Shown: in pieces, positions 48,498 through 64,000 of the stretch
Position numbering within the stretch: position 1 is the stretch's first letter
How the letters are laid out: each line of letters starts with the position of its first letter
Assembly (NCBI GenBank): GCA_003344405.1
Contig: NOWV01000011.1
Coordinates: 434,001-498,000 of the forward strand
Length of the DNA stretch: 64,000 bases
DNA from: Trichoplax sp. H2
Lineage: Eukaryota
Reading direction: 5' to 3'
Translations under genes and position numbers: made by a program
The notes under the pieces: generated by a model
The model's input: only the letters and a program-made list of their open reading frames with translations
The model's database searches: none
What the model was told of the DNA's origin: nothing

Positions 48498-51400
48498 GTA
48501 GGTTGCATTACCTTCTACCTTGCATTTTTTAACTTTATAACGTCATACATTTGCAGTCAATATTATTTGCATGGGGTCAGATAAATACTGTTTGTTATTC
48601 GTATGCGTATATTTTAATTCTGTTATTTTAATTATCCATATATTTGTTTCATTGTAGTCATGTATAAGAAATGAGTTTTCATGAGGCTCTCATTTAGCTA
48701 TGAATGACATTCGAGATCGCCAAAAATTATTTATAATTTGTAATTATCTTTTGTAATCGATATGAGATAACACCAATAATTATACAATAACTAATGTATA
48801 TCACTCCGTGAGCTGACTGTGTGTGATGCAGACGCCTGAGATCGCTACGTCTTGTAATTAATTGAAAACGGGGTAGTAAATAAGATGGGATGTTGATTAT
48901 CATTATAGACTTTTATAGAAGTCTATACGAGTTTACAGGATTTTTATCACGTCATAGGCATACTGTGCCTTATATCAGTATTGATAGCATACATTTATAT
49001 CATTTTTCATAACATTTCTATAGGGTACGGCTGATATCTTAGTAATTCGAATACAAATTTAATGATCTTGGTTAACACTTAAGTGTAATAGTTCACTCTT
49101 ACATGACTTAGTGAAAGTAGCAAATAGGTGGCATATTATCATCGACGAAAAATTATGCTACATATTAGAAGGAAGACTGATGTTAGTTTGTCAGGGTTGT
49201 AACTAACTGTAAATATAGCCATTTCTAAAAAATCCATGCGAACAAATTAGTATTTTCAATCGTTTTATGAAAGTCATTATGGTACTAACCTTCAATGTAT
49301 TTGAATACTAATAATTATTTATCACTTTTTTAATGAACAACCTCCTATGAATTATTACTGTCTATCGCTTTCTATAGGATAGTTTTATTAATTATGAAAA
49401 TTGTTTTTTAAGTAATAGCATTGAATAGTAGCCTTTGCAATCTGCCAGGGAGTAATAGAGCAGCGATAATAACATACAAAAATTGAGCGATTATTAATAA
49501 TGAATAGTGGTAATGAACTTTATTATCTTTAATCTTTTATACCCTGGCCCTTCCAATATACGCTTTGTTTACATGAAAACATGCAAAATCCAAGCTATTA
49601 AAAATACTGTTACGAGAAACAATTGAGCTACAAAAATACTGTAATTTTAATGAATGAATCTTTCGAACTGTCTGAGATATTTCGTTTGCTTAGTGTACTA
49701 ATGATAGCTATGATTTTCATTACGGGTTGTCTTAAAGCAATTTTGATTACTATGTAAACCGTTAAATTATCTAAGCTACTGTCTATCAGCTTGGGGTAAA
49801 TTATGGCTGTCTAGAGACATTGAAAAAAAAAAAGTCCTTTTACTCTATTGTTAATACTTGCATTAAAAATGTCAAGTCCACCGAGATTGCCTGTGCAAAA
49901 TGCTATTGTGATACATTATATTTGCACACAAAAATAGTTACAATACCTTATTTTAAAGAAATAATGGAGAGGAAGGAAAGGAAATGTGTTGCTACTGTTT
50001 GAATGTAAGCAAGAATGAAATACGACAAAGGAAATAGGACAGACAATTTTGTTTAGGTTATTAAAGTAATAAAAAGACATTTCTTGGGGATAGGTAAAGT
50101 ATTTTCAAGTAGGCAGAATTTGTTTTATAAATATAGGGAATTATATTGAATTCCGATAATAGACTTTTATTTCTAGCATAAAAGAAATGTATATGCTTCT
50201 CATGCATTTTGTCACACAACAATAACAGTATAATCGTACGATAATCATGTCAATGCAAGGCTCTCGACGTAAAAGAAAACCTGCATAAAGCGCCCATTAA
50301 ATATATTCAATTTTGAACTATCGTTCTACATCAGTCTAGTTGTTCATGGCTGTGATGACGATGTGACGATGTTGTGTTTATTCTTCGGATAGTGAAAAAA
50401 TTGATGGCTTGTACTTACCATGAATCGGATTTTTGTTTCTTAACATATCGACTTAAGATGGACAGTATTTTGATAGCGTTATAAGTTTTGTGCTAGGCTT
50501 AGTTGGTTGAGATTTCGATTACAGTATTGGAGGAAGTTAAATGGTGTAAAAAGAGGAACATTGCAGGTTTAAGGTACTTAATGCATATAATGTGTACGGA
50601 TTTTATATCTAAACAAGAGTTATGAGGTACGGCGTAAGTGATTTAAAATGTTGTCTTTGACGTTTTTCAAAGTCTCATCAAGTTAATTTTTTTTGCTTTA
50701 GACGTATGAGTATTAGCTACACACAATATGTGCGTATGTATCCACAACAGAACTGCTAATTTGTGACTGCCTCATTTCAACTGTTTTTACGCCACAAATT
50801 ACAGTATATTGATTTTTAATGATGTATTCTAGTAGTTTAAAAGTTGCAAATTATTACTGACAGAGTTCTAATTTCACAAACAATTGATAAATTTATCAAT
50901 CTTCGTGCTGTGCTACTTGGGTATGCAGTAATATCATTTGGTTATGTGTTTTTCGTTATCAATTTTACGTAAAGTGGATCCATTAAATTACTATTAAATT
51001 CTCTATCCTTTAAATTCGTATCACGTCACGCAAAGTTAAACTGTATAGGTCGTATTAATTTACCAGTAGGGGAAGTTTTTACTCATCACAATTAGCGCGA
51101 GCAATTTTCGTTGCTTCTGTTCGATTTTACTGTGACTGTAATTACGTTCGCACTGTATACTTGGGAATGATACTTTCATTTGATTCTCTCGTATTAATGC
51201 CATAGTTGTACTAGACTTGTGATTTTATGCGTATATCGATTGACCGTTTTATTCATTAACAATCCGAAATATTACTAGCTTCATAATCTATTGGCGATGA
51301 TGCAAAAACTGCGGATACAGTAGTGTAATTGCTCTATTGCATGCAGTACAATGATTTCCCTTTAATTAAAGGGCGTTAGTGCGTTTTTAGCAAGCTTACG

Positions 51401-54400
51401 GTACCGATCTGCAATATTAGTACATCTACTACTGTATACTATAATATTATAATGTATTCCCTGTACAGGACAGCAGAGACCTCTTACTCGTATGCCAGAA
51501 TATTTTGAACAGTACTGTACGTGTAAGTCTGTGAGCTAAACATTACAGTACAGTAAGGTATGTAGTTCAATTGCTATAGTACTGCACTGTATGGACAGTA
51601 TGCTGCAAAACCAGGATATAATATAATAGTACAGCAATTATGCTACTGATTGTTTTCTTTCAAGGTAAAAAGCTAGCAGACATCATACTGCACTCAAGTC
51701 GGCGGACTGCTGGCGATACATCATGAATTCATGATTCATGATTAAATAATGTAATAATAATTATTAATGATAATACGGTACTGTTGCAGTGTTTTCTGAA
51801 TAGCATATACATACAGTACACTAAGTTCGGCTGGTATACAGTACTCAGTAGAGTAAAGTAATTAGTAAATACTCTGTATAATTGTACGTATACATATACT
51901 GTATAGTGTACTTTATGCTATACTCTATACCAGAGTCACGGAATAGGGTATTTAGTATTACTTACAACTCTTTGACAATTGTAACAGCAAAAATTATTTA
52001 AAAAACCGATACTTTTCATTCCATCGGTACAGTGGTCAACGACGTTGTATTGTAGTAAAACACTGACTTGGCTTCGACTCATGATAGCAGTAGCAAGCGA
52101 TGTGAGCTGACGAGCAGAGGCTAAATCCACAGCTGATACTGATACAGCAGTTGCACAGTGTAAAATGCACACCTGACGCTCCTCGTACTACAGTACAACG
52201 CAGTACTGTATTTATTATAATATTATTTGGGTTATTTCATCTCTATTGCACATACAGTACAGTAATAGTGATTTGGCTAGTTCGAACTTCTGCAGTTTTT
52301 ATGCAGTAGTAATTCATAACTTTGGGGAAAAAATAATATTACTACCGTATATGTATATTATATATGAATGGCGAATATTTAATGAATCATTACTGCTTTA
52401 CAAGATACAATGCTGTACTAGTATTCATGGGAGCTGATTGATACGTTTTGAATGCTCGCGATCTCGAGTCCGGATGATGCAATATAACCTACCATAACAT
52501 TTTATTTTGATGTTTTTTTATGTACAGTATATGCGCGCTTTTGTTCTTGTTTACCTATTGTGAACTGCTAAAAGAGTCCATCGATGAAAGAGTCTGGTCA
52601 ATTTCATTGTAATATCATTACTGTATGATTTTAATAATAGCGGGTAAACTCTACTGTACTTGTACAGTATGGTGTATAGTGTACGGTACTAGTCATAAAG
52701 GATATCTTGCAAGGTAAATGTATAGTAAGCACGTAGACTGCATTCTTTACTCGGGCAATCATCTTTATAATGAAAATATAACGTCATTTAATTTTAACCT
52801 TAGCATTTAGCGTTTAGTATTTACAGCAACGGTGAGAACTGCAGGGACCCTACTGTACTACTGTACTGTTTATTAGCCTGGTAGTCTCCTGACCGTTTCA
52901 AATATGAAACTGAAATTATCCGAATTTAAAATTAAAATTAAGGCTGCAATACAGTACTGGGTAACTTTATAGTGCAGTTTTGGTGTGAATTCAACGATAT
53001 GCATACATGGACAAGTAGTTTGGTCATTGATGGAGAGTGCTAATGTAAAAAACGCATTTGCTGTAAGTCTAAAATCCAACGACCTGACATGATGACACCA
53101 TTCGCTGTTTTCGGCAGCCATTGTCCTAGAATTGCCATGGAGATTTAGGAAGCCGAACCCAGTGGGAGGAGACTATAGACAAAGCGGCAGTCGTAGGAAA
53201 GGCCTGCCCCGCCTTTTTTTAATTAATGAATTTGAAAAACTTTTTCCTTTATTGTTATTTGCATCACAGTTCATCGTTGCTCAGTGAATTAATTCACACC
53301 GGATGTAGAGGAACAAAGAGAAATAGCGGTGCTATTGCAGTGCTACTGTACCAGTGTAGTACAGTGCTAACTAAAAACTTTTTACTGTACGATATTTGAA
53401 GTTTTGCTTTAGCGTCGTATGGACTGTGGACGTATGGATGCCTATTTTATGACAGTCTTCATCATTCTTGTTCTCAATTCTACAGTATAAGGTTCGCGAT
53501 ATGCTGTACGGTACTGTAGAATGAAGATGAAAATGTACTCTACAGTAATTTAGTAATGCACAGATCTGTATCGTTTTGAGGCAAGTTACTTAGTGTTATT
53601 GTCTGCTACACTACCGCAACGCGCGGCGATATGTACGACTTACGTATCTGGAAAATGGTTGATTAAAATATGCTATTTCTCTAAATTGCAAGCTCAATTC
53701 TTCATGCTTTCTTAACGACCATAATTTACTTTTATGCCAGCCCTATTAGAAATAGAAATATTTATAAGCAGTCTAGTGTGCAAGTTTTGTGTGATACTGT
53801 CATGAGCTACTAGATGTACTTCATTTGGTTGTCTATGATGCTGTAAATATTAACGTTAAGGCCTGGAGTTAGATGTCATAGCTGCATACACTGGTAGTGT
53901 CTCCAAAGCTTAATTTATCGATTTATGGACATATTGTATGACTTGGAGTACTGAATGAATGATAACGAATAGGTTTGGGAACTATCATTATTGTGGGGCT
54001 CCTAAAAACTGATAAAGTAATATAATGACTGACCATTGTCATGCCACGATTGGAGTCAGTTTGCGCTATCATTGATTGATTTAATTAAATTTCTGACATA
54101 AGTATGTGGTAAACTGTATGGCAAATCATATTATTAGGGATTTGTGATCTAGCAATGGTTACTATGATGATATTTTCTTTTTTAATCGACTTATGTGTTC
54201 ATGCTCTTTGATATCTGCTAGTTAAGATGTTGTAGCATAAGCAAGGTTTTAATCAACAGCAATGCCTGAGTTTAGTCATGATCTCCCGTCAAGTAGTTTT
54301 ACAAACAACATTACAATGATCAGTTAGCTTTGGTTGGTGTAATGTAGGTTACAAGGTGACGAGCTCGTAAATTTGATATGTAGCTTATAAGTAATTTGAA

Positions 54401-57234
54401 GCGATACTATAATAAGGAATACGAAAAGGCGATCAATCAACAACGCGTAGAGAGTTAAAACAATTATTATTATAACATTTCTATCATTTTCACCCTTATA
54501 TTTTAGTGAAGAAAATTGAGTAACAATTTTATCCTGAAATAAGCAAAGAAATATGGGTTAATTTAATTTACTGCATTTATTGAACTCCATTCTATTCCTT
54601 ATCATCTGTTTTACAGGTGCTGGATTTGAATGGATTGGTAACTTTGGATGGAAAAAGACTGTTGTTATTTTTATATAAGCATTTTATAAATGAGCCTCAT
54701 AAATGACTATTCTAACAGAAATCTATGAATCATTTTAGTGATGAATTGTTTTTATTAATTGGTCATTGTGATCATTTTATTTTATTATTTTTGCAATTTT
54801 TTAAAATAAGAAAGGATTTTTAGGTATCATCTAGTGGTACTGTTATGTACAGTGCTGTAAAGCCACAATATATATTCAGTAAATAATGTTGCTTGTCAAC
54901 GAATAATGCTTTAAGATTCAAATGGTACTTACAGAGTTCTGGACGATAACAGATTTGCATGCCATTAGAATGTAGAATCTATTTTAAGGATATTATATAT
55001 TGTTGGTAGTGCACCTTACTTCATGTAGCATTTAGCCTTTTATTTGATAGTTATTTTTAAGTTTAGGAAAACAGTTTTTAAACTTTTAGATAAAAATGAT
55101 GTTGTAGTGATGTAGAATCTGATGTGCGAATTTGAAACAAATTCACTACAGGCTAATTCGCGGCTGTTCATTTATTTATTTTACGATTTTCGAAGATTAC
55201 AATATGTACAGCGTACAGTACATAGATGGCAGAAAGTAGAAAGCCTGACTGTAGCAATCAATCCAGTGCGGTAACTGTTTCCTGCACATATGAACACAGA
55301 ATACAGCAGTGCATATAGTAAATTTGCATTTGCATGGCACCGCTAATCATGAAGATGCACTCCTCGATGAACTGTAACAAAGACGGGCTTCATTGTACAT
55401 TACAAGAAGTGCAGATTGCGAAAGTTAATTCCATTTCCATTCCGTACAGAACTTTTGTGCGCTAGACCTATATTGTACGGTACAGTATATAGTATACTAG
55501 TATATTTCTACAGTATAGACAGTTATGGTTAGGGACAGGGCTCTGAGGCACACTTGTACAGTAGTAACAGTGCAGTAATGCTTTAGCAGACGCATCGATC
55601 AGACGATTATTATTTTTATTATGGCATTGTTCCTTTTTTGTTGTATTTTTTAAAAGTTATTTACGATTCTAATTATCACGTATAAACGTTTAATGTACAA
55701 ATCATATTAACTTGGTAATTCCTGATAACTTCACATGCGCGTATCTGAATTATTTTAGATACTATATTAAATTATTATTTTCAATACATCGTCTTGGCAC
55801 TAGTGCTGTTCGTGATATGATTTAGCAGATCAACAAATTGGCAGTACATTTACACTTTTTTACAGTATTGAAATTAATTGACGTTGAATATTATTAACTG
55901 CAGTGTACAGTATTACGATATAACATGATTAATGTACAGTACTCATACAGTACAGTATATTGCAGTATATATACAGTACTGTAGTACAGTAGCTTGTAGA
56001 ATTGGAAATTCAACAATGTATGATTGTAGCTAATTGTACCCATGCTAAAAATGGAACTGTACATTGTGTACATTACTGTAAGCTATTTATTCTAGGTGGT
56101 TGAACATTTCGTTTTTAAGTCCTAAATCATAGATTGAATGTACTTATGAAGATTTCCTTATGCGTTTTAATAATTTCATTTTAATTTCTTGAACATTTTG
56201 GTTGGATCATTACAGTACAGTATTGTACTCAATATGTTTCAAAAGTCCTCCTTGGTGAAGCTAGCCCGCTCATATCTCGCCTAATGTACACTTTTGCAAG
56301 TTGTGTAGTGTGTTCAGTAATGGTGCACAGTGGCACGCGGTACTGGCATACTATTGTACTGTATGTTCTGGTAGTAGTGTATACAGTACAGTTGTATAAC
56401 AACATATCTGCTGAATCACATACTTTACACTGTACAGCAGTAAAGAATTGACTTCATTTATGAACTCACTGTACGAATGTACAGTACAATACACTGTAAA
56501 ATATTATCATGTTACAGTGAATGACCACAGCACTGTACTGTAGAAGTGAATCATGTAGTGTACAATACAGTACCGTACTGTGGTAGGAACACTACAGTAC
56601 ACTAGTGATGTAGCGGGTGAGCCTTACAGTAAGTAGTGTACGTACGTACTGTACTGCGATATTGTGATCATTGATTGATTCCTGCACCCAATTTGGATCT
56701 GTAGTTGTAGGTCCTCCAAATCATACAAACTACGTTCTACTTTTCAAAATGATCAATAAGATAGTTTGGAGAATGAATGTACAACGTACGTAATTTGGAT
56801 ATGCCGTTGTAAAATGGATGAATAAGCTGTCGTAGATGCAGTTGAAGTTGTAAAGGAGAAAAATGCAGACAATACAAGCAAGAGAAAAGAAAAAAGCATT
56901 TCACTCTGGGGGTGATTGATTGGGCAAAGGGGTACTCTTTACTGCTATTGTTGTAGGGTCATTAATAGTTAATGTGAAGATGTGTCAATCAACCCCCCGC
57001 CTGCATGTAAACAAGATTGCACCTGCAGGCAAAATTAATCATCTTGTCAATGAGATTCAATTTCCTCTGGGATCAGAATACCGACAGCTGACTGGCGTTG
57101 GCGGCGGTTGATTTGCCAAGCTGACAAGTGCATTACCCGCCTCCTCGACAATAAACACTTGTCTCGACTGTCATAATTACGGTAGTGACATGAGCAGTAC
57201 GAGTATCAGAAATACGCAACATTAGTTACCGTTA

Positions 57235-57995
57235 ACGTTGATTGGCTGGCGTGCTTGCTGATGGCCAATCAACGTGTCGCGTAATCATCCATCAGTACTA
57301 AGAAAATTACCTTACCGAAGGGGGAATTCACACGACGTCTTCAGGCGTAAGACCGTTAAATCCAAATAACTCAAGGCAGCAAAGCGCGATTTGCCGTATT
57401 CTATTTTCTTCTGTACTGTACAGTGTTGTACTGTACAATTGCGGACTGGCCAACGACTTGGTCAAGTAGTTTAAGAAGCTTACGGTACACCTCAATACAA
57501 CATACATCACCACCACCACTGGTAAACACTATTGGTACCGCGTGTTGCTGGAGCTGATACATTTTCCTTTTTTTGTCCAGTTTTTTTTTTTTTTACCATT
57601 CTCGGTAGTGGTTGTTATTCTTTCACTACCGCACACCCTCGCTCCAACTATATTAACAGCAAGGACAGAAGAAGAGAATTACCGTAAGGTAAGTAAAAGA
57701 CTACTTTGATGCAAATAAATTGACATTCAACAACGTTAGGCGGTAAAATTGTAATGATAGTCAAGATTGTAAAGGATTGGATAAATTACTTGTTGACAAT
57801 ATCGAAACGACGGAGTTTTACAATTTTTTGTTACCCCTTTTGAATTGTACGGTACTATACAGTACTGGCTTATTGAAACATTTCCTTTTTAACTCTTTCT
57901 TTCGTTACCTATTGATATTGATGGTGGCGGTTAATTTATACCGGCAGGAGGAAATTAGAAAGCGTAATCGTTTCATTTTACTTAACTTATCATAG
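57235..57995 (+). promoter_or_regulatory. SoxB1 proximal promoter and probable 5'UTR intron (57689-57995)
   Basis: Two inverted CCAAT boxes (57235-57275), TATA-like TATATTAA (~57649), consensus donor AAG|GTAAGT (57689) and acceptor ttatcatag (57995). Confidence 0.5.
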
Positions 57996-58153
57996 AGGAT
58001 CGATTAAAAAAAAAAAGCGTACACTCAAGAAGAAAGGAGAAATCAATCCTGTGTATAGGACATCTAACTTACAAAGAATTTATCACCTGTAATTTATACG
58101 ACAACAAATTTTTAAGTAATAAAGTACAAACGAAAAATTCGTTGCAAAACTAG

Positions 58154-59116
<963 letters not shown>

Positions 59117-62100
59117 ATAATACGATCACGACAAGGGAGAGGAGGTGAAAGGAAGAATTTGTCAGTTGTATGACTTTGCGGTATTTCCAATTTTTGTTAT
59201 AGTTATACTCTTCTGGTCACAATCGAAATACTTATGAAAACGAATATTGTTACGATGCCATTGCTCTTCTTTTTTCACTTGCAATGCACGTCAATGACCC
59301 CCGTTAACTAACTACTGTACGATAGAATGATTTAGCGTGTGTGTTAATACACCAACCATTATCGTTGATTAAATTAAACTTGTACCAATGTTTTGAAATC
59401 AACTACGCTCAACGTATACTCTGGTAGTGATTTGATCTTCTTTTCCCATTCCTTTCTCTCTCGCTTGTAATGAATTCGCAAGCATTTTTGTAGTATTACC
59501 GTATAATGGTTATCTTCCATTTACCCACCCGTAGTCTCTAGAATATTCAGGAGTTCGGGTCACCGAGGAGACATTTTCTCCGCGAATTTTTTATGTATTG
59601 TACAGTACTTTGGTGTATGGACATTATACACGTACATCCATCATGGTGCTTTGTTGTGATTTTAACTGTAAGAATATTTTATCGTCCATAGTACAGCTAT
59701 AGTACTGTAGTCGATTTCTGTTGTAGGTGAGAGCCTAAGATCACTGAAGTGGTCTTTAGCTTTCTTTCGACTGTAAGTTGTTTCTTTTCCCACTGTACTT
59801 TTTATAAAAAACAATTGCCACTGGAAGGTACTTTTTAAAATAATTATAATTATTTCATACTTGTTAACTATTTCCCCGAACTTAGTTCTATTTGATCGGA
59901 TTTGGAAAATATGAGCTAGAAGAATACTTATTCAGTTTGTCTTTCCACTCTCTCCTATTCTGCCGAACGAACGATCTGATTGATAATATATTTGCTCCTA
60001 TTTGTTACTGCATTACTGTAAGGAGATGAAAAGTATCATTTGTTGTACATGTATACTGGAAATCAACTCTTGCTTGATTTCGTGTCTAAGTACCTAATTG
60101 ACGCTCTCCGTATTACACAAACTAAGTGTTATTTGTACAACAGCTTGCGGGATTGTTTCCTTTCCAAAAAGGGCTTGTTGTCTTGTGATATGTCATTTCT
60201 CTGAAAAATATTCCTATCAATTTTTGTTGTAGTACTGTCTTAAAATATTATTCTTTCTTTTCATGAACTTGTTTTTATTACCCATCGTCATCAACCTGTA
60301 AACTTAGACTACGTGAGTATAGTATATAATATTTATATACTAATGACGTATATAGTATTACTAGCAGACTGTATTGGTATTAATTTAATGTACATTCCTT
60401 CTAATTTATTTATTGCAAAACTTCTTTTAATATACATTTGACATACGTACATTTATTATAATGTAAAATTGGTCGAAAGATGTGTTTCTATTCCTCTACT
60501 TCCTTCAGCATCTTGATTTCGTGTAATGATTGATTTATATCAATGTGTGCAAATGCTTGAGAAATAATGTTGAAAGACAGAGATAGCCATTGCACTGCCA
60601 TCCAGACAATAGAAATTCTCTGTTATGCATGAGATAACAGAAAATGGAGGATTACACGTTCGACCAAACTTCGATCATTATCAACAAGAGAAATTGACAA
60701 CTTATCAATCGTCAAGCGATATATATTGGTGGTACCTATGCAGTTCGAGTGTAATACATTGAGAGAATAAGAATTTTTCTGGTAATAGCTAATGTCGATG
60801 TGAATTTTCATGACCTCTTTAAACTATTATTAAATAAACTGCTGTCAGTTCAGTATTCGCAATGACTATTCAGTAAAAAGTAATGCAGTAATGCAATCTC
60901 CATTAAACATATTTTATTATCTTGTATCTTGATTTTCTTGTTGTGAACATGCAGTGCTCGACTATAAACGTAACGTTTCATATCAAGTATCGTGCAGGTG
61001 CGCTGCTCTGGAATCATCCAAACATACACTACGACACAGCTCTATAAGCTTGAACAAAACTATTGATGAGTTCGAGTAGAATTGACAAGATTCATTTAGT
61101 AAATATATACTGAACTATAACGTATACTCATACAGTACTATACTATGCTAGACAGTCATGAGAAGGTATTTATTTATTTTTAAACAGTATCATCATCCAA
61201 TTATCTTGGTTGATAATGCTACTGCTTTAAACGATATACATACAGTACAGTGTAACTAGAACGTTTTAGCCTCTAAAAGTCGTCACTAACTCCACCAAGT
61301 TGTAGCGTACAAGGAAGTCACGACTTTAACCCTTTTAACTATTAAAACTACATATTGTATTGCTATTTTGAATGCTATTTGTTATCATATCTTCTCTTAA
61401 GTTCAATGTTTGTTTTGAGCGAATTTACTGGGCAATGTTGAGCACAGTGCTTCATCCTCTATCGTAACTACAGTTTGCAATAGTTTACACCTTGTTCACG
61501 TAACGTTGATGATATCTACTCCTATCGGGAATGTACCGATCTAAGAACGCCAGTTTCTCAATAAGATCGCATGAATACCTACATTGCTATACCATAACAT
61601 TGTAGTTATAGTACCAATAAAAAATGTTTTTATTTTAACCATGATGGGATACTGTACTGCATGCCTGTATTATGAATCTTTTGTGATAGAGGATAGAAAT
61701 CTGGTCACGACCGTAGTACGTTTTTATTGTTGTTCACCAAATTGATCCGTGTATGCCTTTCGGCGAAAGTAATCGAAATACTCTATAGTTTACAGTATAG
61801 TGGTAAAATTATTCTAACAACTTTTAAGCTCGTCGGAGTTGTAAGGTTCGATACCGTTGATTAATGACATTGCCATTAATATGTAGTGTACTTCTAATTT
61901 AATGGAGTAAAACAATATATACTATACAGTGAAGTAGCCATCAAAAAGAAAGAAAAAAGAAAGTCATACTGTACAGTACTAAACTGCATACCGTAACACA
62001 ATACATATTGTCTGTATGCTGTACACTGTACAATGCGACAGCAATCTTCTAAGTCCTAATTACCATACAGTACCATGCAATGCATACAGTAGTCTCTTTT

Positions 62101-64000
62101 CGATTACAATTGCTAACACTATATCGGTAATAAAAAGTCGCAAAAACGACCGTATTGACTTTTAACCCTGTATCTACAGTACACTGTACTGTAGTCTAAG
62201 AAAGGGGAAAAAAAGAAAAACTTTTTTCTTGGCTACTATGGCGTACTGAAGTTGGCGTTTTTGCAGAGAGGAATTTTTATACTTGTCTTTTATGAGCACT
62301 TTGCCAATCGTTAACAACGATGAACATTTCCCTTTTTTTCTCTCCCTCTTTGACTACAATAGCATAGAACGTGAAGTCACGGTAAAATACAACATTGCAT
62401 CAGTACAACACATAGTATAGCGCTGTACAGGACTGCAATGTCTACTGAATAGTGTCACCAAAAAAACGAAACCATTGTAGCAGCTGTTCACTTTTTGACC
62501 AAACATCACAAAAGGTCGGAGATGAAAATCTTTTCATTCGTAATTTCGACATCAGTGCTACACGCTGTTGGGTATAGACCTTAGTAAAGAATCAGTAATC
62601 ATAATATTTCATTTCTTTTGGCTAATTGAAACGGCACAGCCAACCTCAGTACTGTATACTCTCTTGAAAGAGTGCAAATTGTGCATGGTGCTGGATGTTG
62701 TTGACTAAAAATGAAAAATTCAATCCCTAGATTTACGCTATGTGGTATAAGTAAGATCTCAAAGCTAACTTTTTAATGATGCGACTTAGTAAGCGAAACA
62801 TCGGTCAATACGATCCGTGTCATAAGACTGGTTACAGCGCTATGCTACGATATATAATCATAAATAAAAATGCTATTGCATACTTTTTACCATGCTTTTA
62901 CTCCAGTTCTCTTCAACGACTCTGCATGACAAGTGTACGGTACTATGCTGTCGTGATACCATTTAAAGTCTATCGTGGAAATTATTGTAATTGCTATTTT
63001 CGATGCCGGCCGGCCAAATTCGAAACCAAGTGTGCAACATATAGACGAGTATGCACAGCGAATTTGAATACTATTGCACCCTGATTGCAATGGATTTATA
63101 CTGGTAATCAGGCCTCTAAAATAGACTGAATAATCTGTACAACTCGTTATTAATTCAGAAATAAATATCAAGAATACTATGTGCTCTACTGTCAAGCAGA
63201 ATACGCATACAACAGTATTACAACACTCAAAGCGCAATATCATTGCATGCGATATTAGCAAGCCAAAAATACAATAGTAGATAATTTATTAAAATTAAAA
63301 TTAATAAAATAAATGAAGGATAAAATGTTGAACACCAGGTCTTAATTAATAGCAACAACTTGAGCAAGAACATATAGTGCGCGTGGATAACGATAGAACG
63401 GCAAGATGAAGTAAAGCTAAATCATTGAATTCTATCTGGCCAAGAACAGCATTTACTGAATAATTATAATTACTTAATAATCACCAGTATTAAACACAAA
63501 ACAACATACGCCTGTAGAAAGTTAGAGATTACATTAATACAATTAACCAATTATTTATCTCTGGTTTTGATATTGCATCAAAATGAAGTACTATATGTAG
63601 CTGTTGTATTCAAAGAAAGAACATTAACGGTATATTGCTGCCGATAAACGTGATAATTGAAAAACAATCAGTTTGCTCTAAATTACTTTTGTTAAGAGGT
63701 GCCGATCTTAAACTGCTCAGTGACAGTAAAAGTGTGAAGTAGCTATAAAAATCCCATTAATTACATCTGTTAGGCTAGCTTGGCTGATAAAATAGTAACA
63801 TTATAACTTGTAACTTCTACGGAGTCACAGGAATCCACTTATAAAGCTGCTCTCAAGAGACTGAATCGACTGCACTTACTAGCTGTAAACTATCACGTTG
63901 TTGATCAGCCTACAGATATATAATTATAATTTGAAACTATTGAGTTCTTATTACATCATTTACATGTCCTTATTTCACCCCATATTTTATTTAGTTCAAT

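Noticed and set aside
61825-61860. GGTTCGA T-loop-like motif (also at 43057)
   Set aside because: No cloverleaf or A-box, so not a tRNA.
62776-63261. Overlapping 102-aa and 124-aa ORFs downstream of SoxB1
   Set aside because: No domain features (not a SoxB2 HMG box); composition looks non-coding.

Overview
AT-rich eukaryotic animal DNA with short spliceosomal introns. Gene content and compactness suggest a non-bilaterian such as a Trichoplax-like placozoan (inference; no search was run). Left to right: a probable decayed LRR gene, intronless LTO1/ORAOV1 (-), a near-duplicate segment straddling a 20-N gap, a 16-exon KAT6/MOZ acetyltransferase (+), a ~8 kb gene-free tract, an Arx-like PRD-class homeobox gene (+), NKAP (-) head-to-head with a multi-exon RasGAP (+), a ~9 kb gene-free tract and an intronless SoxB1 CDS (+). 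Three observations stand out. (1) The RasGAP is of the fungal Sar1/Gap1 (GAPA-like) type with an intact arginine finger, a type I do not know from bilaterians; the ORF track largely misses it. (2) It contains a clear U12-type AT-AC intron. (3) A ~296-bp TATA-containing segment between ~55-bp inverted repeats occurs in both orientations in the two copies flanking the gap, between the divergent LTO1 and KAT6 genes. Exon structures were assembled by eye and family assignments rest on recalled consensus sequences.
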